Below are positions 1 through 9,117 of a DNA stretch of 53,245 bases, in pieces. Source of the stretch: Thermodesulfovibrionales bacterium. Its GTDB lineage: Bacteria; Nitrospirota; Thermodesulfovibrionia; Thermodesulfovibrionales; SM23-35. The stretch lies in assembly GCA_963715195.1 (NCBI GenBank), contig CAVQRT010000033.1, forward strand, positions 1 to 53,245, given 5' to 3'. A model generated the notes under the pieces. The model was not told the DNA's origin. It did no database searches and saw only the letters and a program-made list of their open reading frames with translations. Within the stretch, counting starts at the first letter, position 1. Each line of letters begins with the position of its first letter. The position numbers and the translations under genes were made by a program.

Positions 1-2328
1 TAAACAGCTGCTTGTGAGAACAAGGCAGGGATGTAGCCGGGTTTGCTTTTTAGCATGCCTTCGTATACCTTCATTGCCGATGCGTAATCTCTTTTCTTCG
101 CATACAAATCTCCGAGCATCATCTGCGCCGCGAGATTATTTTGCTCAGCAGATATACCTTTCTTCAGGGATTCTATGGCACCGTTGAAATCGTTCTGACT
201 GACGTGTATGGAAGCAAGTACCATATGTCCGAAGGCTGAATTCGGTTTCTTCTGAATGATCTGGTTCGCGTTCTCCTTCGCTTTTTGAGGCTCCTTCATC
301 AATACATACATCTTTGACATCTCTGCCATAATGTCCAGTCTGTCGGGTTGCTTCTTCAGGCTACCCTCGAGTTTCTTCAGAGCGCTTTTGTAATCTCCGC
401 TTGAGGCATAAACCGCAACGATCTTCTGGAGGCCGACTTCTGCATTTACGCTCTCGAGATCCTCATAGACCTTAACTGCCTTTTTGAACTCTTTTTCACT
501 CACATAAATCCTGCCCGTCAGGTCCAGCACCGTCAGATCTTTCGGATTCGCTTTCCGTGCATCTTCGAGCACATCGAGCGCCTTGTCATTCTGTTTTTCT
601 CTCAGGAAATATTCCGCCAGGGCAATATAGCCGGCGGGAAGCTTTGTGTCCCTGGCCATTTTGTAATATTTCAGGGCGTCGCTGTCTTTGCCTTCCAATT
701 CATAAATCGCGGCGATGCCGAGCATTGCAGCAATGTTTTTATTGTCAATTTTCAGTACGGACTCGTATTCACCAATCGATACCGGCAAAATCCCTTTTTG
801 TTGCATGATATTTCGCCAGATTGAAATAAGGAGTGAGATACTGTGGATTGGTATCTTTCGCTTTTTTGAAGATACTTCAGCCCCTCTTCCGGTTTGTTCT
901 GTGCAAAAAACAGGGCTGCAATGTTGTTATAAAGCAGAGCATCATTCCTATTGCCTGCGATACCCTCTTCAAGGACTTTTTTGGCCTTTGTGTAGTCCTT
1001 CTGTTTGCACGTAATAGGAGAAAAGAATAAGCCGCGTATTGAGGAGTTCAGGTGCAATATTCACTGCAGTCACCAAATCCGCCTCGGCTTCTTTTGTCTT
1101 GCCTTTACCGAGATGGATGATGCCTTTCTTCAACTGGGCGTCAACGAGGTCGGGATTGGATTCAAGTGCTTCGTCGAAATGCTTCATGGCCTCGTCCGGT
1201 TGACCTTTTGCGAGGAGGGCCGTTCCGAGGATATTGTGTGCCAGGGCGTTCTCGCTGTCGAGCTTCAAAATCCATTGAGCCTGCTGAATAGCGTCGTCCA
1301 CCCTCTTCTGCTGGAGGAGAATGACAGATATCATCAGGCGCGCCCTGAGAAATGCAGGATCGAGGTCAACTGCCTTCTGGAACTGACTCAAAGCCTGTTC
1401 AAGTTCTTTCTTATAATAATGGCTCAATCCCAAAAAGTAATGAGCACTGATGTTCGGGAAGTCTTTCAGTGATTTCTGAAGTTCAGGGATCGCCTCATCG
1501 AACTTCTTTTCGTAAAAATAAAGTATTCCCTTGAGCCGGTATCCCTCCGGGCGACTGGAACGCTTTTTCAGTTCATCGGCTATCTCATGGGCTCTTTTCA
1601 GATCACCTTTCTGGATATAGAGAATACCTTCCATGAACTGTGCATTGAGGTCAGCGGGATTGATTTCGGATATCCTCTTATACATCTCTATGGCTTTTTG
1701 CTGATCGCCGTTGGCAGTTTCAAGACTGGCAAGCATGTAGTAAGCCTGGGTATTTTTGCTGTCTGTCTGGATTGTCTCTTCCAGGGTCGCCCGCGCAGCC
1801 TTCCAGTCATTTTGTGCCATATGGACTCTCGCAAGACCCAGCCGCGCTGAAACGAGGCTGTTATCTTTTTCCAGTGCTTTCCGGAAAAATTCCTCTGATT
1901 TTTTCATATCTCCCTTGAGGGCATAAGCCCATTCCCATCACTTCAAAGGCACCCGGATCTCCGCTATGGGATTGCAGATAGGTCTCAACCTCCTGCATCG
2001 CGTCGTCAGGCTTATTCGTATACACATAGGTACGGGCGAGTTCAATGTGGAGTCTCTGTCCGGGAGGGGTTCTGCTTGAGAACTTTCAGGAACTCTTTCT
2101 CTGCCTGCTCATACTTGCCGGCAGCGAGAGAGGCCCGGCCAGTTCAAGGCGGGCATCAAAAAAGTTCGGATCTTTCTCAAGCGCCTTTTTAAAGAGTACG
2201 ATTGCGCCCTGAGGATTATTCTTCTTGAAATGTCCGACGCCCTCCTGAAATAACTCTTCCTTTGTTTTCGGACTACATCCGCATATCAAAAGAAAAGCAC
2301 TGAGGATGACAATATATTTTTTAAACAA
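1..2328 (-). CDS. prsT: TPR-repeat lipoprotein, PEP-CTERM system PrsT-like; broken by several frameshifts and running off the left edge
   Basis: Lipoprotein signal (MFKKYIVILSAFLLICGC). TPR repeats continue across ORF fragments 2086-2328, 969-1907 and 752-1057 and an open frame from ~760 to 1. Frame changes near 2135, 2055, 1932, 1015 and 790-840. Confidence 0.65.
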
Positions 2329-2710
2329 TGTTATATCCTCCTATAAAATTGAGATCACCACATACCATGTCTTTCACCAGAGCCCTAAACTTTGTATAGT
2401 CGAGCGGCTTCATCATGCAGCAGGAATTGTTCAACCCTTCAAGCATTGATAAAAGGTCTCCGCTAAATTCATCTGCAAGCACAAGTTTTCCCGCCCGTAT
2501 GTCTCTTTTCTGCATCTCCCTAAGGAAATACAGTCCGTACGGGTAACTTGTTATGATCAACCCGAAGTCATTCTCGGAAAATCTTTTCGAGACATTCTGC
2601 ATGCTCGTGATGGTTTCAACGCGATAGCCGTCCTGCTCGAGAATGGCCGAACATATCCTCGAGAAACCTGCTTCATCAAGAATGAGAATCTTTTTACCGC
2701 GGTTGGACAT
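2321..2710 (-). CDS. Atypical single-domain response regulator (pseudo-receiver)
   Basis: Receiver-like pattern KKILILDE...GLIITSYP...MMKPLD. The expected phospho-acceptor Asp position reads Ser. Overlaps the prsT-like start. Confidence 0.7.
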   Translation of the reverse strand: MSNRGKKILILDEAGFSRICSAILEQDGYRVETITSMQNVSKRFSENDFGLIITSYPYGLYFLREMQKRDIRAGKLVLADEFSGDLLSMLEGLNNSCCMMKPLDYTKFRALVKDMVCGDLNFIGGYNIV

Positions 2711-2724
2711 CAAGGGTATGGAAC

Positions 2725-2740
2725 TGCAAATTATGTGCCT
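2725..2740 (-). promoter_or_regulatory. Sigma-54 (-24/-12) promoter
   Basis: Minus strand AGGCACATAATTTGCA gives GG-N10-GC and matches TGGCAC-N5-TTGCA, directly upstream of the pseudo-receiver/prsT-like genes. Confidence 0.75.
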
Positions 2741-2883
2741 TATTAAAAGAATCCCGTCTGGAGTGGTTTTGCACGTAATTAAGACTTTCTGCGAGCGTGC
2801 AATAGTGTTTCGTATGGAAACATCAACCAGGGAAGAAACAGGAAAGCCGTTTAAAAATGCGCTGTTCAGGTGCTTCGGAAAAA

Positions 2884-2900
2884 TGTATCCGCTGGATACA
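2884..2900. promoter_or_regulatory. Candidate enhancer-binding-protein site (UAS)
   Basis: Palindrome TGTATCC-GCT-GGATACA (TGT-N11-ACA), ~145 bp upstream of the sigma-54 box. Confidence 0.5.
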
Positions 2901-3016
2901 GAAAACAGGCAGGGTACACATTGTCTGAAGAAAAAGTGTCTACCTATAAAAAAAGAGTCAAATCTGATTCTCTTGACTTAAGAAATGCTTATTCTTAATA
3001 TAGTGCATCTACTGCT

Positions 3017-3352
3017 ATGAAAAAAGGCCTTTCAGAAACAGTCCCCCTTTCCCCGGATGTCCTCCGTCTGATCGTCAATCTGGAAAAACAGCTTGCAGAA
3101 CAGAGAGACCAGATGCAGAAGATAGAGGAGAAATCAGCACAGCTCGAAAAAAACTTGAGGATTTTAGTCAGTGAGTTGATACATGGGGGATATATCAATG
3201 TGCCTGAACGGAGAAAAATGCTCAAAAGGAGCTTGATCGATCATGAGGCACTCATGAATCTTCTCAAAAAGAAGGGCATAATCAGCAAAAGGGAATTCGT
3301 CAGAGAGATAAAGCAGCTCGTACAAAGAGAGCACAAAAAGAAAAGCGGGTAA
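3017..3352 (+). CDS. Hypothetical helical/coiled-coil protein (111 aa)
   Basis: Clean ORF with heptad pattern LEKQLAEQRDQMQKIEEKSAQLEKNL. TTGACT-17-TAATAT upstream (2973-3001). Confidence 0.65.
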   Translation: MKKGLSETVPLSPDVLRLIVNLEKQLAEQRDQMQKIEEKSAQLEKNLRILVSELIHGGYINVPERRKMLKRSLIDHEALMNLLKKKGIISKREFVREIKQLVQREHKKKSG

Positions 3353-3442
3353 TAAGAAATCTGCTTCTTAATAAATTCTATTGGATTAGTCTATTTATGA
3401 AGAGCGGCATAAATCTTTGCTCCATAACACGCTCACATAGGG

Positions 3443-3517
3443 TGTCATTCCGGCTTGTCCGGAATCTTTCTTTATTTTCAGAAGGATTCCCGACGCACTT
3501 CACTTGCGGGAATGACA
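3443..3517. repeat. REP-like palindromic element
   Basis: Ends TGTCATTCC...GGAATGACA, with internal hairpins ATTCCGG-CTTGT-CCGGAAT and ATTCCCG...CGGGAAT. Related inverted copy at 50043-50117. Confidence 0.65.
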
Positions 3518-3572
3518 TGCACTATTACTCATAACGTTATGTATAATTCATCAATTTGAATATTGACAGGAA

Positions 3573-3615
3573 ATAGTGTTTGAGCGGATTTATTTTGCAG
3601 ATATTCAAACACTAT
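3573..3615. repeat. Inverted repeat between convergent genes (possible terminator or structure)
   Basis: 11-bp arms ATAGTGTTTGA / TCAAACACTAT. Confidence 0.4.
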
Positions 3616-3717
3616 GCATTCAATAATAACGAGGCAAAATTCCTCGGAGGTCGAAGACCAAGAACGAGCGAAAAAACTGTGTCCTGTCAAGGTACCACAG
3701 TTTATGACTATTCTGGA

Positions 3718-4665
3718 TTAGGGTTGCTGCGGGGTAAAGCAGGCCTCCTCTTTCTGTAGTTTCTCCCACTCCCTGTCGATATCTTCCTGAATTTTTGCAA
3801 GCAGTCCCTCATTTTCGGGTTTAAAGAGATGCTTAAACCTCCCCTGTGGTTTCAGGAAATCGACAACTTGTTTTTTCTCTCTCGGCTTGAAGGTTATTTT
3901 CGTCACGCCATGGTCAATTTCATAGAGCGGCCAATAGCAGGTCTCGACTCCGAGCCTGCTCAGGGCGATCGCATCATCGCTTCGTGATCTCCAACCCCTG
4001 TTGCATGGCGCAATAATGTTCATGAATTTTGGCCCGTTTATTTCCAGGGCTTTTCTGACTTTCTTCACGAGATCACTCCAGTGACTCGGTGAAGCCTGGG
4101 CCGCATATGGAATGTTATGAGCTGCCATGATTTTTGTCAGGTTCTTTCTGAGCTCGGTCTTTCCCTGGACAACACTGCCTGCAGGTCTGGTTGTGGTGTC
4201 GGCTCCAAACGGAGTAGCGCTCGACCGCTGAATGCCGGTATTCATATAAGCGCCATTGTCATAACAGATGTAGAGCATGTCGTGTCCGCGTTCCATGGCT
4301 CCTGAAAGGCTCTGCAGCCCGATATCATAGGTGCCGCCGTCTCCCCCGAAAGCAATGAACTTGATATCCTGGTCTATTTTCCCCTGTTTCTTCAGCGACC
4401 GGTACATTGTCTCAACACCGGAGATCGTGGCAGCCGCGTTCTCAAAGGCATTGTGTATCCAGGGAATTTTCCACGCAGTATATCCTGATATGCAGCTGGA
4501 AACTTCCAGACATCCTGTTGCATTTGAGGCAATAAGCGGATAATCGGAGGCGAGCAGAACCATTTTTACGACTATCGGGGCCCCGCAGCCTGAGCACAAT
4601 CGGTGGCCGGACGACAGGTTAATTTCACGCTTTGAGAGCTCTTTTAGTGTCAGTATTTTTGCCAT
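3718..4665 (-). CDS. porB: Pyruvate:ferredoxin oxidoreductase beta subunit
   Basis: GHRLCSGCG, ATGCLEV and the TPP-binding motif GGDGGTYDIG...YDNGAYMNTG. Confidence 0.93.
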   Translation of the reverse strand: MAKILTLKELSKREINLSSGHRLCSGCGAPIVVKMVLLASDYPLIASNATGCLEVSSCISGYTAWKIPWIHNAFENAAATISGVETMYRSLKKQGKIDQDIKFIAFGGDGGTYDIGLQSLSGAMERGHDMLYICYDNGAYMNTGIQRSSATPFGADTTTRPAGSVVQGKTELRKNLTKIMAAHNIPYAAQASPSHWSDLVKKVRKALEINGPKFMNIIAPCNRGWRSRSDDAIALSRLGVETCYWPLYEIDHGVTKITFKPREKKQVVDFLKPQGRFKHLFKPENEGLLAKIQEDIDREWEKLQKEEACFTPQQP

Positions 4666-5847
4666 TTATTCCCTCACTCCTATGTATTCCTTATACATTC
4701 TCACTGTCCCCGTCTCTGTTATCTGAGTCAGCTCGTTTAGCACCGATTCAGCCTGTTCGGGGAGATAATCCCTGCCCCCGAGTCCATATATCTTGTTTAC
4801 CAGAATAGGCCTTTTCTCAAAAGGATATAAACTTGCTGCTATGTCCATATAAACCGGGCCGAAAGAACCGCCAAAGGCATCCGCCCTGTCCAGCACACAG
4901 AGTGCTTTGAGATGTTTCAGGGCCTCACCGGTCTCCTTGTACGGGAACGGCCGGTACAATCTGGGTTTTAAAAGACCTGCTTTTATTCCCCTGTTCCTGA
5001 ATTCATCGATGACATCTTTTGATGTGCCTGCCGCAGAGTTCAAGATGATGATTCCGATATCTGCATCGTCAAGCCTGTATGTTTCGAATAATCCGTATTT
5101 TCTTCCTGACAGCTTCTCGAAATCCGCGGCAACTTCAAGAACCACCCGGGAAACCTTTGAGGCCACTTCATCCTGGGCTCTCCGGTATTCCATATAATAG
5201 TCCTGAAGGACGAGAGGTCCGTAACTGACCGGATTCGCTATATCAAGCATGGGATTCAATTGCCTGAATTCACCGGTAAAATTTTTCACCTCTTCATCTT
5301 CGAGATATTCCAGCCTGCCGATAGAATGGCTTATGATGAATCCATCCATACATATCATTGCCGGGAGCCGTATGTCCATATGCTCTGCTATCCGGAATGC
5401 CTGTATGGTATTGTCATATGCCTCCTGAGCATTTTCAGACCAGAGCTGTATCCACCCGGTATCCCGGGCACCCATTGCGTCGGAATGGTCGCCATGAATA
5501 TTCAAAGGAGCCGAGAGGGCCCTGTTCACAACGGGCATGACAATGGGGAGCCGTGTCCCGGATGCAATGAACAATATTTCCCACATAAGAGCCAGTCCCT
5601 GCGACGAAGTTGCAGTAATAACCCGACCACCCGCTGCGGATGCCCCGACACATGAGCTCATGGCGCTGTGCTCACTCTCAACGAGAATCAGCTCCGTCTT
5701 CACCTGACCGTTTGATACAAAACTCGAAAACCGCTGCATCATTTCCGTTTGCGGGGTTATGGGATACGCAGCGCAGACATCCGGATTTACCTGTCTGAGG
5801 GCATTGGCAACGGCTTCATTTCCCGTTACAGCAGCAACCTTTGCCAT
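4666..5847 (-). CDS. porA: Pyruvate:ferredoxin oxidoreductase alpha subunit
   Basis: AYPITPQT, ESEHSAMS, ATSSQGL and NRAL motifs. Confidence 0.93.
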   Translation of the reverse strand: MAKVAAVTGNEAVANALRQVNPDVCAAYPITPQTEMMQRFSSFVSNGQVKTELILVESEHSAMSSCVGASAAGGRVITATSSQGLALMWEILFIASGTRLPIVMPVVNRALSAPLNIHGDHSDAMGARDTGWIQLWSENAQEAYDNTIQAFRIAEHMDIRLPAMICMDGFIISHSIGRLEYLEDEEVKNFTGEFRQLNPMLDIANPVSYGPLVLQDYYMEYRRAQDEVASKVSRVVLEVAADFEKLSGRKYGLFETYRLDDADIGIIILNSAAGTSKDVIDEFRNRGIKAGLLKPRLYRPFPYKETGEALKHLKALCVLDRADAFGGSFGPVYMDIAASLYPFEKRPILVNKIYGLGGRDYLPEQAESVLNELTQITETGTVRMYKEYIGVRE

Positions 5848-6141
5848 TTACGTACCCTCCTCGACCATAATAATCGCCTTGTTGCCTTTTTTACCGGGAC
5901 ACTCAAGTGCGCAGATCCCGCAGCCCTTGCAGAAATCATAGTCAAACTCAGCCCTCTTACCATCCTTGACTTTGATTGCCATATCAGGGCAGTACAGCCA
6001 GCAGAAAAGACACTGGATGCAGTTCTCCTCGATCCAGACAGGCTTCAATGACCTCCATGAACCGGTCTTGAATTCTCTCGAATTACCGGCTTCGGTAATG
6101 ACTGCGCCCGGATTCAATTCCCTCCAGCCTTTCAGTTTCAT
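5848..6141 (-). CDS. porD: Pyruvate:ferredoxin oxidoreductase delta subunit (2x[4Fe-4S])
   Basis: KTGSWRS, CIQCLFCWLYCP and CKGCGICALECP. Confidence 0.92.
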   Translation of the reverse strand: MKLKGWRELNPGAVITEAGNSREFKTGSWRSLKPVWIEENCIQCLFCWLYCPDMAIKVKDGKRAEFDYDFCKGCGICALECPGKKGNKAIIMVEEGT

Positions 6142-6712
6142 CCTTCCGTTACCTCCTCATATCCGCGCCGTGTAGCCTCGAGATTGCCGTCTATGATCTT
6201 CTGGGCAAATTTTTTTCCGAAGCTCTTTTGTACATCCTCAAGAAGATGTTCAAGGGTGATAAGTTCGGTTATCTTGCAAATAGCGCCAAGCATTGGCGAA
6301 TTCGGCAGAGCTCTTCCGATGCAATCCATGGCTATCTTGCTTGCGTCAACCGTAAAGATTCTCTGATGGGATCCGGGTGGAGCTTTTCCCGAATTTCCTG
6401 GGGAGTCTTTGATGTATTGACAACAAAAATCGCCTTTTCAGTAGCGCCATCGGCAACGTTTATGCTGTCAAGCAGGGTAGCGTCGACGACACTGACCACT
6501 TGCGGGTGGAGAACCGGACAGTGCATCCTGATTTCGTGCGAACTCACCCTGTTGTAAGCCCGCAAAGGAGCTCCGGCCCTTTCAGGGCCGTATTCCGGGA
6601 ATGCCTGCACATATCTTCCGCCACTCAGACAGGCATCAGCAAGTACCTTTGCAGCAGTTACCGTACCCTGTCCTCCCCGTCCATGCCATCGTATTTCTAC
6701 CGTATCAGACAT
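6138..6712 (-). CDS. porC: Pyruvate:ferredoxin oxidoreductase gamma subunit (one frameshift near 6370)
   Basis: EIRWHGRGGQG and FPEYGPERAGAP. The C-terminal half (TVDASKIAMDCIGRALPNSPMLGA) is in another frame; adding one base restores the protein. Confidence 0.88.
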
Positions 6713-6847
6713 TGTATTCCTCCAAGATTTTCGAAACGTAGTTTGTTATTTTATCACAAAAAAACCACCGGTTGTTTTTCCGCGTTGCGGGGAAACGTTA
6801 TTACTATACATAAAAAGATCATTATATTCAATCAGTTCGACCAGAGA

Positions 6848-6924
6848 AATGCATTTGCAAAGTGCAGATTTTGTGAGAAAAATTATTTTCGATCAATGTC
6901 TGCACTTTCCGGGTCAAATGCATT
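6848..6924. repeat. Interrupted long inverted repeat upstream of porC
   Basis: Nested 10-bp arms AATGCATTTG/CAAATGCATT and AAAGTGCAGA/TCTGCACTTT. Confidence 0.5.
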
Positions 6925-7037
6925 GATTGGGTTAATTGTCTGTTCAGGCAGGAAAATCTCATGGATGGATCTGCAAATGATGGCATCCAGAAAAAATCTT
7001 CCGTTTCTCCTGTCGTGTAAGATTTTTTACTCTGAAG

Positions 7038-9083
7038 TCAGGCTGCGGTTGCCCTCGACGCCTTGAGTTCGAGAAGCCAGGAAAGCCTTCTGCTCTGTAT
7101 CACAGAGGTATTGATATCCTCTATAAATTCCTTCGGAGACAGATCGAATACCTCTTTTCTGACAAACGGTCTGAAGGTTATTTTCCCTTTCGCTTTCATG
7201 GCCTTCCTGATCTCCGCTTCTGCCGGTTTTTTGAGTGGTGATTTCAGGATCTTCGAGAGAGCGATAAAGATATCCCGGTGGTTCTTGGAGGCTCCAGGGG
7301 GTTCAATCACCTTCTTCACCTCCTTGAATCTTCCCAGATAGTCCACCATGGTGCCATCGCTCTCGTAAAAGGTGGTTGAAGGCAGTACAACATCCGCCTG
7401 ACTTGCAAGCTTGTTCAAATGTGAGTTTTGCACCACGAGGAAATCAGTGTTAGGCCTTCTGTCGAGCGGGATCTCGCCGACGGCATAGAGAACTTTCATC
7501 CCGTCAGATACCATCTCGTGGTAGGTCTTTCCCTCGGATGACAGGCCAATCTGCGCTATGCCCCTTGCATTGCTTTCAAGCCCGACAGCGATAACTTTGC
7601 CTTTCAGTAAGGCAAGGTTTGCAGATGCGTCAAACAGTGCAGGCGAGGTAAAGATAAGCGGATTTTGTGCATCAAGGATAAGCTGGGCTGCCTTCTCAAT
7701 GTCCTTTGACATATCTGCATCTGCCACAGCAGATTCGAGCTGAACATCCGCTTTTGCCCCTTTCTCAAGCAGAGCCTTTGCGATGCCCTTTAAAAGAGCA
7801 ATTTCATCACCTTCCAGATTCACCGTTGCGGTTTCAAAAATCCGAGTTTCGGAAGCAGCGATATCCGAATTGATAACAATCAGCTTTCCGCCGCGGTGGA
7901 CCCTCTTCCGTATCGATGCATTGAGTGCGGGCAATATCCTGTTCCACTGTGACGGATTCAATCCGACAAGCACGATGAGGTCAGATTTTGTAATGAGCGA
8001 GGAGTGAGAATCCCTCAGACAATGCGTGTCTGCATAAAGGCTCAATGTTGTATCAACATGTTTTGTTTTGACAACATTTTTTGCAAACCTCTTCAACGTC
8101 AGGGCATCTTCGTTCATTATACCGGCGACGCTGACGAATCCGGCATCTTTGCCCGCCTCTCTCAGTTTTGCAGCAACGGTGCTGAGCGCATCTTTCCACG
8201 ACGTCTCCTTCAGGGCACCGTTTACCCTTTTCAGGGGAGCTGTGAGCCGCGTTTCCGAATTGACGTAATCATATCCGAACCGGCCGTAGGCACAAATATA
8301 CTTCTTTGCAGAACCGGGTTCAGCACCTGAGCTGATCTTCTGGATACTGCCGTCTTTCCTGCTTATCAGAATGTCACATCCGCTTCCGCAGAAAAGACAG
8401 ACGGAATGGATCTTTTCATACTCCCACTCTCTGCCTTTGCGCCATCTGTCTGCCTCGGGCAGGGCATTCACCGGACATGCATCAATGCAGCTTCCGCAGA
8501 ATGTGCAGCCAGATTCACGGAGCGGCTTGTTATACGCTGTCCCGATCTCTGCATGGATGCCCCTCCCGATGAAATCGAGGACCTTTGTCCCCTGCTCCTT
8601 GCAAACCCTCACACACCGCCCGCAGAGAATACAGTACAGGGGATCTCTTCTTATAAACGGGTTGACCTGATCAATCGGATATCCCATCTTTTTCCGGGTA
8701 AACGTCGTATCCTTCAGCTCATATTCATATGCATATTGCTGGAGATTGCATATCCCCGCCTTTGTACAGGTCAGACAATCCAGCGGATGGATGGAGAGGA
8801 TCAGGTCGAGGACAAACCGCCTGATTTCCCGCACTCTGTCGGTCTGCGTATGCACGACCATGCCTTCTTTAACTTTCGTATTGCATCCGATCAGGGGAGT
8901 CTTTATCCCTTCCACTTCAACAAGACAAAGTCTGCATGCTCCGAACCCTCTCATCCCCTTGAGATAGCAAAGATGCGGAATATGAATACCGGCACGTTCA
9001 GCCGCATCGATCAGATTCAGGCCAACCGGCGCACTCACTTCTTTTCCGTCAATCTGCAGCTTTACCATCGTTTCTTCCATCAA
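7038..9083 (-). CDS. NuoG/FdhA-like iron-sulfur subunit (BfuA-like) with a degenerate molybdopterin fold
   Basis: [2Fe-2S] CYLK..ACRLC..GC; HPLDCLTCTKAGIC; CILCGRCVRVC; CTFCGSCIDACP; CLFCGSGC...CAYG. No Cys/Sec at the FDH metal-ligand position (KHVDTTLSLY) and no H-cluster motifs. Confidence 0.8.
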   Translation of the reverse strand: MMEETMVKLQIDGKEVSAPVGLNLIDAAERAGIHIPHLCYLKGMRGFGACRLCLVEVEGIKTPLIGCNTKVKEGMVVHTQTDRVREIRRFVLDLILSIHPLDCLTCTKAGICNLQQYAYEYELKDTTFTRKKMGYPIDQVNPFIRRDPLYCILCGRCVRVCKEQGTKVLDFIGRGIHAEIGTAYNKPLRESGCTFCGSCIDACPVNALPEADRWRKGREWEYEKIHSVCLFCGSGCDILISRKDGSIQKISSGAEPGSAKKYICAYGRFGYDYVNSETRLTAPLKRVNGALKETSWKDALSTVAAKLREAGKDAGFVSVAGIMNEDALTLKRFAKNVVKTKHVDTTLSLYADTHCLRDSHSSLITKSDLIVLVGLNPSQWNRILPALNASIRKRVHRGGKLIVINSDIAASETRIFETATVNLEGDEIALLKGIAKALLEKGAKADVQLESAVADADMSKDIEKAAQLILDAQNPLIFTSPALFDASANLALLKGKVIAVGLESNARGIAQIGLSSEGKTYHEMVSDGMKVLYAVGEIPLDRRPNTDFLVVQNSHLNKLASQADVVLPSTTFYESDGTMVDYLGRFKEVKKVIEPPGASKNHRDIFIALSKILKSPLKKPAEAEIRKAMKAKGKITFRPFVRKEVFDLSPKEFIEDINTSVIQSRRLSWLLELKASRATAA

Positions 9084-9117
9084 ATCCTCCTCGCTATAAC
9101 AGGAATCTTCTGTTCGC

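Noticed and set aside
3404..3421. Second sigma-54 promoter (CGGCATAAATCTTTGCT)
   Set aside because: Spacing is GG-N11-GC rather than N10, and no gene follows on that strand.
6138..6712. porC as two separate genes
   Set aside because: One missing base in a short C run near 6370 restores a normal gamma subunit.
6743..6759. Rex operator upstream of porC (TTGTTATTTTATCACAA)
   Set aside because: It is 17 bp rather than the 18-bp consensus and can be explained by the overlapping extended -10 box.
7038..9083. Formate dehydrogenase or [FeFe]-hydrogenase catalytic subunit
   Set aside because: No Cys/Sec metal ligand, no in-frame TGA and no H-cluster motifs.
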